Of a stretch of DNA of 64,000 nucleotides, positions 55,661-64,000 are shown in pieces; position 1 is the stretch's first letter; the number at the start of each line of letters is the position of its first letter. The DNA lies in NCBI GenBank assembly GCA_028023455.1, contig JAQFVV010000001.1:20646001-20710000 (forward strand), written 5' to 3'. A program made the position numbers and the translations under genes. The notes under the pieces were generated by a model. It ran no database searches. It saw nothing but the letters and a program-made list of their open reading frames with translations, and was not told the DNA's origin. Source of the DNA: Epiperipatus broadwayi (lineage: Eukaryota > Animalia > Onychophora).

Positions 55661-57322
55661 TTAATAGTTTTCTGTTTCTATATTAAAAAAATGAGATTGC
55701 AATCAAAACAAAAAAATTATACATTATCATTAGAAAGATTATTTTCAGTTTATAAAATCAATAAAATCTTTACTATTTATTTAAAAATCTAAAAAAATAT
55801 TTATTTCTGTTAATATCTAACAAAATATGTTTTAAAAGTTTAAAATTTTTGAATATTTATTGCGATATTTTTATACGTACATATAAATCTATTATTATTA
55901 TTTACTCATTAGTATAAGTAGGTTATTTACATAGAAGCTAAGATTCTAAATACATCTTCAGGCCATATTCACGTTAGCTGCTAATATAACATTATATTTT
56001 TGAAGAAAAAAAAGTATTTCACGTCAAAATAAGTTATTAATAATTTAAATTTCTTGATATCTAATAAATATAGTGAAATATGAAAGATATTAAGAAGAAA
56101 CATGAATCGCATAACTTCAAAATCGCATTAAAATAATCTGCATAAAATGAGACCCAGTTGTATTTTCTTTATGATTACATATTAGATTATAAGTGCATTT
56201 AATTTGAAAATTAAGTTGGTTGTGGAAAATACTAAATCTATCACATTTGTAAGTTGTATATTAATATCAAATGTACACTATATAAAAAATAGCAAAGCTA
56301 GCTGGATATTAATATATTAACTATTTGTCAGAACATATTGCATAGAGATAACATTAGTCTGTATTATTCTTAAAGTGAAGTATTTGGTTAATTCATATAC
56401 AAATATATTCAGATACTTTTAAATAACAAACCTAAATCTTTGATGATAAAATATTTATGCTCAAGTGAAAACACTGTAAAAATTGAATAGTCAGTAAATC
56501 AATATTATTATAGTAACAATAATTTTAGCAATACTATTACTTTTTAATAGTAAATATACAAACAAAAATAACAAAGTAAATATTACCCACAAAAATATTT
56601 GATTATAATAAAATGGACTATCATTTGAAAATAATGTATGCTGAATAGATTAGATCTTCAATAAATGCAGGGTATCAAAATTTTAATACAATAATGAAAT
56701 TTTCATAAGTTACAATACAATATTAATTGTTACTGAGTATTCAATACATTAGTTTCTTTAAGTATTGCTAAAATATATATATATATCTTGATTTTTATTA
56801 AAATTGATAAACCCCAAGCTTTTAAGAATATATAGTATACATCTTAAAAACTTAGTATCATTGATAGTTTTGTACAATTGTAATACAATAAGCTTTAAAA
56901 TACTACATTTAATATAATCAGTAAAATAATAAAAAAATTGTAGAAACCAGTTTCTTTGAGAATAGTCAAATGACATTCAAGCACAACAATTCCAATCACT
57001 TCTTTTAATCAGAAATAGATTCAGTAGTCTTTAGCTTTTAATCCAATCATCATATTATTGGTTTACTTTAAATTTCTCATAACTATGATCAGTATGAACA
57101 GGGTTAAAAATAAGTATTATTGGATTAAAGTAAAAAAAATTAAAAAAAGAAATTGTACTAGAAAGAAATGTATCTCTAACAATGCACAAGATTATTTCTT
57201 TAATCATTCAAAACAATATACATATAATAAAAAGGACTTAGTAGCAATGTTTCATCTGATATAATGGTTACATGGTTTCAAACTGGTTAAGCAAAAACTT
57301 TTTAAGTTTTAATCAGGCTTAC

Positions 57323-57353
57323 GATTTTTCTTCCATGAATTGACAATTCTTAT
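57323..57353 (-). other. Putative 31-nt exon
   Basis: Polypyrimidine acceptor tttcttgttttgctcctag and donor gtaagc. Confidence 0.45.
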
Positions 57354-57411
57354 CTAGGAGCAAAACAAGAAATAGAAATATTTAAACCTTCACCACGTGG
57401 CAATTAACAAG

Positions 57412-57484
57412 CATGGTCAGTAATCCTTTCTTCACTACTCCTCTAATTCAGTGTTGTTGCAGAGGCCTTTGCCCTTCACTTAGT
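57412..57484 (-). ncRNA. Candidate intronic box C/D snoRNA
   Basis: Correctly ordered C (GTGAAGG 57479-57473), D' (CTGA 57451-57448), C' (GTGAAGA 57435-57429) and D (CTGA 57420-57417). GC-rich relative to the intron; D box ~63 nt upstream of a 3' splice site. Confidence 0.4.
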
Positions 57485-57926
57485 TGGTGGTACTTATAGA
57501 ACAAAAACTGAATTTACGTGTCATTCAAAAAACTGTGTCTCAATCAGTATTTCTAAATGTTAAACATGATTATCTAAATTAAAAACTGTAAGAACTTTGT
57601 CAAGATTTTTATAAAATATAATTATGTATGCATGCTAGGTCCTCTGACTGAAGACAGGTTATAAAATGAGATAATAAAGTGCATTAACCATAATGGACAA
57701 GAAAAATATTGTATAATTTCATTAAAACGCATAATAAACTAAACGCGTGTATAAACAAGTTTAAAATTTCATTAAAAGTAAACAAACACTATAAATATTA
57801 AAGAAATAAATCAAGATAGTAGTATCACTCGAAAGGGACATCCGTCAAGATTTAATGAAAATAATTATAACTAATCTAATCAGAATAAATGTTATTTACT
57901 TAATCCAAAATTTTAGTTCAACTTAC

Positions 57927-58057
57927 TCGTCACTATAAGTATCGGAGTTTCCTGTAGAGGCACTAGCATTATCGTCTTCTTTTTTTTTATCGTCCTTAGT
58001 AAATCTCATTGCTATATTCTTCGAGTAAGAGCTACTAGATTTATTTTGAGAATTCAT
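57927..58057 (-). CDS. Putative first coding exon of an unidentified gene (MNSQNKSSSSYSKNIAMRFTKDDKKKEDDNASASTGNSDTYSD, phase 2)
   Basis: aaaaaATG start context, 131-nt open frame retaining CpGs, canonical GA|GTAAGT donor at 57926-57921, directly downstream of a CpG-rich promoter-like region. Confidence 0.55.
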
Positions 58058-58059
58058 TT

Positions 58060-58320
58060 TTTACGCATATATTTATATATTGTTAATGAATAATATTTTT
58101 AGCATTTTTTTTTATGTAAGCTGCCATATTGTTTACATCCGGGAATGCAAATGCGCTGCTAACCAAAAAGTTTTTAATTATCTCGAAGTTCACGTTATTG
58201 TTAAGTTTGTAATTATTGTTTAAATAGGAAAATATTTTCATAAAAACAATAACTGAAAACAGTTTTAATAATTAAAATACAAATAAATCGCTGTTGTTAT
58301 GGATCAAAACGTGCTTATTT
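58060..58320 (-). promoter_or_regulatory. CpG-retaining putative promoter
   Basis: CpG-containing motifs (atccggg, atgcgctg, ctcgaag, cacgtt, atcgctg) immediately upstream of the exon at 57927-58057. Confidence 0.5.
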
Positions 58321-59364
58321 TTTATTATCAATAATGTAGCTAGGAAATAAAATAGTTCAATAATTTGCTTAATTAAATTGTGTTATCTAACTTCAGTAGT
58401 AAAGGAAATTGGATTATTGTCTCAGTGAATTCATAATTCAACAAACCTGTTATTTAGTGAAAAAAGTTACATGTATATTAATATCAGATAAACAAACTGT
58501 ATTTTTAAAAGTGCATGTAAATTTCCTGCTCAAAAGCAAGAAGAGCTCAAATTGATTATTTTCGTTTATAGATTACCATAAGCATAGCTTGTCATTCCAT
58601 TAGCAGAATTGATTTTGGAATGGCACTATTTGTAACAAGATCATAAACTTTAACGTGTCTTACTCATCATTAAGATAAATATTAATTGAAATAACTGAAA
58701 TACAGGCTTGTTATATACCTGTTTCAATATATATATGTGTTCAAGTGTATCAGTGTTATGAGATAGAGAGGAGAGTGGTGGGTTATATTGAAATGTAAAT
58801 GTTGCGTAAATGATAAAAATAATAAAGAAACATTTAATAATGTTCTATTATGAGATAGTTTTTAAACAATAAAATGATTATTACACTTACTGAAAAATAA
58901 TTTGATAAATGTTAAATTTATTAAAATCTTAAAATGACATTTATAAACCTGCTTTAAATAAAAATACTTTAAACTCAAACATATATATATTAACAAAAAA
59001 AAAAACTTTTCAAGTAATACTTTATTGTAGTTTATTCACTTTTAATAAACACTGAAAAAATGTTAATAGCCTATTCAACAAATCAGGTTAGTGAATTATG
59101 TGTTCATTTTGCTCCAAGTTCATGTAATCAAATTCTAATTAAGTAACAACCAGTGAATGACATTTGAGTCAGAAGAATATCTATGTTGCTGGATAAGATT
59201 GTCATTTGACACTTGCTTTTTGAATAGTAAAGGAAAAAGCTTCATAATAATGTGTCAAAAAAAAAATTATCAGCAATGTATAAATATATACTGTAAATCT
59301 ATAAAATTATTAATAAATTAATACATTGTACAGACTTAAACCTGCATTTATATATGTAATATAT

Positions 59365-59519
59365 GCGGGATTCGAACTCAGACTTTCACACAACCCACTA
59401 CTCTCATTGCCATCTCATATTGCTGACCCACCTGATCACACACATGTTGAAAAGATAACGTGTGTGATCAGGTGGGTCAGCAATATGAGATGGCACTGAG
59501 AGTAGTGGGTCGTGTGAAA
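59365..59519. mobile_element. tRNA-like SINE fragment with near-perfect inverted duplication
   Basis: Minus-strand B box GTTCGAATCCCGC at 59365-59377. Arms 59384-59448 and 59457-59519 differ by 2 substitutions and a 2-nt indel. Related to S1/S2. Confidence 0.8.
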
Positions 59520-59959
59520 ATTATTAATAGTAAAAAAAAAAAACGTAATTAAAGGAAATATACGTATGTGCTAGGGGAAAATAAAAAATTGCTCAACGAT
59601 TTATCAATCGCAATTGGGAATCCAGACAAATAATGCCTTCTCTTCATAGTTTCTGTATAAGATGTTATTTTGTATGTTATATAGATGTATTAGATGAGAC
59701 TGAATGAAAGCTATTTATTGTCTTTTTTTTATTTATATCTGAAATGATAGGAAGATAATCTTTTGAAAGGAAGGGATTTTGATGAGTCTGAATCAGTATC
59801 TGGTTTTATTTTACTTTTATTATTTATATTTAATAATGTTATATTCAGTGATAATTTATTTTCCAGTTTATCTTCTATAATTTCATCCCAGTTAATATGC
59901 ATTCACATATGGCACTAAATAAATCTATCACTTCCTTCATTTTGCTTTAATATTTTATA

Positions 59960-60212
59960 TACAAAATTAACAAAGCGTATGACGCACTTGAATGTGAAGC
60001 TATCAAGATACACAGAAATTATTACACGCTAAGCGCTTTCGAAGCCTTTTGCCTCATATTCATAGCGGTACTATGAGCTGCAGAACGAAGAAATAGGCAA
60101 AGAAACAAAACAGTATGCAAAGCGTATGCAAATGAACTAGATAGTCCAACGTTTGGAGATGTCAAAGCAGGTATCTCATCTATTGATGGAGTTATTATTG
60201 CCATTAACAATT
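59960..60212 (-). mobile_element. Probable young PLE 3' fragment with hammerhead-like motif
   Basis: CpG-rich. Minus frame NNNSINR*DTCFDISKRW resembles the end of PLE GIY-YIG domains; hammerhead-like motif at 60027-60067. Confidence 0.5.
60027..60067 (-). ncRNA. Minimal hammerhead motif with variant core
   Basis: cgct ATGAATA t GAGGC aaaag GCTTC GAAA GCGC TT agcg: stems I and II pair, palindromic AGCGCT stem III, core has two mismatches to CTGANGA. Confidence 0.55.
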
Positions 60213-60420
60213 TGTACACCTCATTTCAAATATTTTATAGCAAAAAATTATATATGTGTACACACAACCTAATGTTTCAGTTGTACTTCAGTCTTCCTCA
60301 GAACTTTGAGGAAGACTGTAGCACTTCTAAAACATTAGGGTGGATGTATGTGTATAATAAATTATTTTGCTATAAAGTAGAAAATTGTTTTGCTATAAAG
60401 TATTTGAAGTGAGATATCTA
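60213..60420. repeat. Palindrome carrying two divergent hammerhead halves
   Basis: About 90-bp arms around aact (60302-60305). Minus arm CTGAGGA agactgaagtacaact GAAACATTAGG; plus arm TTGAGGA agactgtagcacttct AAAACATTAGG. Confidence 0.8.
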
Positions 60421-60491
60421 AATTGTATTTATCTCTAGCATTATTTTGTGTATATATGTTTTGAGATAGGTGTATTTACATTTATATTATA

Positions 60492-61090
60492 TGTAAGAGT
60501 ATCAAACTCTCCATACAGTAGTGCCACCACGTGCAAGACTTTGTAATCCATTGATCCAGGAAAGTTTGTGAATAAAATCCCTATCTAGTGCCTACTCATC
60601 CAACATCCTCAGACTAGTTTCTATCTTGCGTCTTTTATCAATGAGGAGCCTTAGATTTCAGATCACTGCACCTATACTTTAGGATCTAATGCAACCTTCC
60701 AGAATCTACTTATTACCTACTTGGTTAACTGTAAAACTAGGAGCCCAAGGTTAAAAACACCTTAATGTTTCCAAACAAAGCTCCTTTACTTGTATATTCA
60801 TATAGATCTGAACTCATTATAGTGTTTTCATCTTGGGCTCCTAGCTTTATAGTTAACCAAATAGATAAAAGGTGGCTGCTGCAAAGTTGCATTAGATCCT
60901 AAGGTCTAGGTGCAGTACTCTCAAATCCAAGGTTCCTCACTGATGAAAACCACAAGTTAGAAACTAATCTGGGGGTGTTGGATAGTAGGCACTATATAGG
61001 GATTTTATGCACAAACTTTCCTGCATCCATCGATTACAAAGGCTTGCCCTTGGTAGGTACTATTGTATGGAGAATCTGGTACTCTTAACA
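60492..61090. repeat. ~600-bp foldback element with one hammerhead per arm
   Basis: Arms align over ~275 bp. Hammerheads at 60607-60646 (minus) and 60935-60974 (plus). Confidence 0.9.
60935..60974 (+). ncRNA. Minimal type-I hammerhead motif
   Basis: CCTCA CTGATGA aaaccacaagtta GAAAC ta ATC TGGGG. The partner arm (60607-60646, minus) reads CCTCA TTGATAA aagacgcaagata GAAAC TA GTC TGAGG. Confidence 0.7.
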
Positions 61091-61639
61091 GCATGTGTAA
61101 GCTTATGAAATGGTAATCATGTGATGTTTTGATGATTTTATATTTCATGCAGTTGTTTAAATTTATTGTTGATAATAATGTTATATGTAAGTGTGTTCTT
61201 TGCACTAAGCTAGCAATCAATGTTAATAATAGGAAGGATTTTTTTTTTGTTTTTAGAAAGCTTCAAACATATTTGTAATGATGTATTAGATATATGTTTT
61301 TCGGTTTTGTACATAGAAAGTAAGAAAAGACTGATTTATACATAATTGGTGTATCTGGAAATGTAACCATTATGTAAACTGCAATTCTTTTAAAATAAAA
61401 TACAACTTGGTTTGATCATTTTCACTATTTATGGTTGTATAATATCTGATGATAATGAGAAAATAAGTAGTATCCTCATATTATAGTTGGTATATTAACT
61501 TGTGACTAGAATATAAAAGCATTAGTCATTCTACATATTATTTCTTGCTTGGTTTTATGGCTTATTATCTCATTGTAGTTTAGCACATCAATGTGTACCT
61601 GATCAATCCATAACTAAGTTATTTTTTATTAGACTTGTG

Positions 61640-63900
61640 CAACATTCTTTAACATAGTCAGTAATTATGAATCCTCTTCAGGGTGAAGATCTCTCCAAGT
61701 TCAAACCATCTCCAATTTTAGCCTCTCTTCTTCACATCACCCAGAACATTTTTTTTATTTCATTCATCCATTTCACAAGTGGTCTCTTTTTAGATCTTCA
61801 CCCAGAACATTTTTTACAATTTCATTTGTCCATTTCACAAGTGGTCTCTTTTTAGGTCTTTTACACTCTCTTGGAATCCAATTTAAGATTTTAACTGATA
61901 AACCTATTATCAGCCCACCACTTCAACCTCCTAATTCTTTTAATGATGTCAGTAGCACCTGTTTGTTCTCTCACCCAAATATTTCATTTTCCATCTCTTA
62001 TTATACCTAACGTACATCCCCTCATATTTCTTTGAATGGTCTGAAGTCATTGTATTGCCCTTTTGTTAAGTGTTCCAAGTCTCATATCCATAAGTAAGTA
62101 GTTGTATCATACATTTATTAGAATCTTTTCTTTTCAAACACATATGCATATTTCATTCTAATATTAAATTATTTTTACCAAAAGCACTCCAACCAAGTTT
62201 AATTCTATGATTTATTTCATCCATTATGTTTCAATCTATAGTAATAATATGATCAAGATATTTATAGTTGTTGACTTCTTCTAACACATCATTATCAATC
62301 TTTATTTTCTTCTTTAGAGAAAACCCATTGAACATTACTTTAGTCTTTTTAATATTTACCTTCAATCCTACTTTCATCTGATAACTTTCAACATTTCCTG
62401 AAGCTCTACAGAATTATTTTCAAAAGCAACTACATCATCTGAAAAATCTAGATGACTTAAATAATTTTCATGTACATTTATTCCCTTAGTTTCCCATTTA
62501 AACCCTCAAAATACTTCTTGCAAAACTGCTGTAAATTGTTTTGGAGATATGAAATCACCCTGTTGTACACTCTTCTCCATGTTAATCTTTTTAGTATCAC
62601 TTTGTAATCTAATTGTTGCTGTTGCATTTTATTCTTCATAATATGATAATATTCTGGGTCTATAACTTGATGATCCAATGGTTTAATCACTGAATAAATA
62701 CTTATAAAATGAAATGTGTTTTCATAATTTACAAATCCACAGTATAATGGCAATTCATATTTAATGGTCTTTTCTTTAACTTCTCCAGGTGATTATATAT
62801 ATATATATAATCTATGATGCTATATATTAGTTTGACAAATATAAATATGACGTTATACTTTTTCTTCGAATACTGTATCACCCTCTGTGCTAAATTCAAT
62901 TTTAAATCCAGCTTAAATATCTAAAGTTCACTGTAGATAAGTTATAATTATTTTGGTAAAAAATTTATATAGAACTGATAAAAGGCTGATGCGTCTGTAA
63001 TTTCTAATATCTTCTTTGTCACCTTTTTAAAATATTAATACTGCATTTTCCAATCATTTGATACATCTTTATTATTTAGACACTTGGTATATAACTTTTC
63101 CAAAAATATTATATTTCTTCACCTGCTTCTTTTAAGATATTGATTATAATTCTATCATTACATGGAACTTCTTCCTTCTTCATAAATTTAATTGCTTGTC
63201 TCACTTTATTCAGATGATATATTAGTTGTAAGATGTACTTTTCCTTATTCTTTACTGCTATATAATTCTTGGTAGAATTCTTTTACATATTTGATGATAT
63301 TATCTCTTTGTAAAAGTTTCATCTTTTTTTTTTCTTATTGCAGAAATGAATTTTTTACCAATACCACGATGTTTACACTCTTGAGACTTTATAACTTTCT
63401 TTGTTAGTTCACAATTATATTTTCTTATATCATTATCTGCTCTTTTTTGCACCATTATACAAAATTCAAGATATTCAATTCTTAATGTTTCATTTTTATA
63501 CATTTTTATATTCTTTCTTTTCTTTATAAATTGTCATCTCAATAGAAATTTTATTGGTCAATTGCTGCTTTTTGAAGTTTTTAAAAGTGTATCAGTTATC
63601 TTCCTATCAATTTCATTCAAATCTAAATCATGTTCAAAATCTGTTAGCATTTTAAAACAATTTGTAAGTTCTAATTTGAAATTTATTGGAATGTTTTTGA
63701 AGATTAGGAATATCAATTGACAATATTGTTTTTCTTAATAATTTGTGTTTCTCTCATTTTGCATTAATGTATTTTACATCTCATTAGTCAATGCTTATTT
63801 CATGTGTTGAATTTATTAAGAACATTACAATCTTGAAATACATATTTTTCTGTTAGTCAAATTATAATCAAATTTTGTTGTATCTTTTTTTTTTTTTTTG
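61640..63900 (-). mobile_element. Decayed RTE-clade LINE
   Basis: MPLYCGFVNYENTFHFI...VIKPLDHQVIDPEY (RTE RT motif like FVDYEKAFDSV), HLDFSDDVV (FADD catalytic motif) at ~62430-62460, and C-terminal RPKKRPLVKWTNEI near 61830. Confidence 0.85.
61739..61859. repeat. ~63-bp tandem duplication at the RTE 3' end
   Basis: acccagaacattttt...tccatttcacaagtggtctctttttag(a/g)tctt occurs twice. Confidence 0.9.
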
Positions 63901-64000
63901 GATGCTTCTATGTTCATTTCCATTTAGTATTTTTCTCAAAAAAAAAAAAAGAATTCATAATATAAAGTTTGTCTTTTTCTGAAAATTCCACAAGTCTATG

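Noticed and set aside
56975-57055. ATGATGA...CTGA...CTGA on the minus strand as a second C/D snoRNA
   Set aside because: Box spacing is ambiguous, there is no terminal stem and no recognisable antisense element.
58500-58640. H/ACA-like arrangement (AGATTA, hairpin, ACA)
   Set aside because: Pocket-to-ACA spacing is too short and the first hairpin is weak.
59740-59915. 57-aa minus-strand ORF MHINWDEIIEDKLENK...
   Set aside because: No usable splice sites or recognisable domain; compatible with chance.
61445-61475. CTGATGA-taatga-GAAA
   Set aside because: Stem II is at most 1 bp and stem I/III pairing is unconvincing in AT-rich context.
1929-63503. Remaining 60-120 aa ORF-track calls rich in I/L/F/K/N/Y
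   Set aside because: Composition is that expected from AT-rich non-coding DNA; no motifs or splice support.
1-64000. CRISPR arrays, rRNA genes, intact tRNA genes
   Set aside because: No repeat-spacer array or rRNA sequence was seen. The tRNA-like segments are degenerate and embedded in mobile elements.

Overview
Very AT-rich (roughly three-quarters AT by eye), strongly CpG-depleted eukaryotic DNA, probably an invertebrate animal; the species cannot be assigned. No intact long gene is present, and most ORF-track calls are chance ORFs or transposon fragments. The window is dominated by decayed mobile elements: four near-complete copies of one Penelope-like element (PLE; RT + GIY-YIG) family, two of them head-to-head, plus 3' fragments of other PLE families, an RTE-clade LINE, hAT-derived MITEs and tRNA-like SINEs. 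Two CpG-retaining promoter-like islands (~55.3-55.7 kb and ~57.7-58.3 kb) each precede a minus-strand first-exon candidate with a GTAAGT donor. The most notable signal is about ten minimal type-I hammerhead ribozyme motifs from several distinct families. Several are paired head-to-head in foldback palindromes, and several are linked to tRNA-like (Pol III A/B box) cassettes. A candidate intronic C/D snoRNA lies at ~57.4 kb. All calls were made by eye, with no database search or folding computation.
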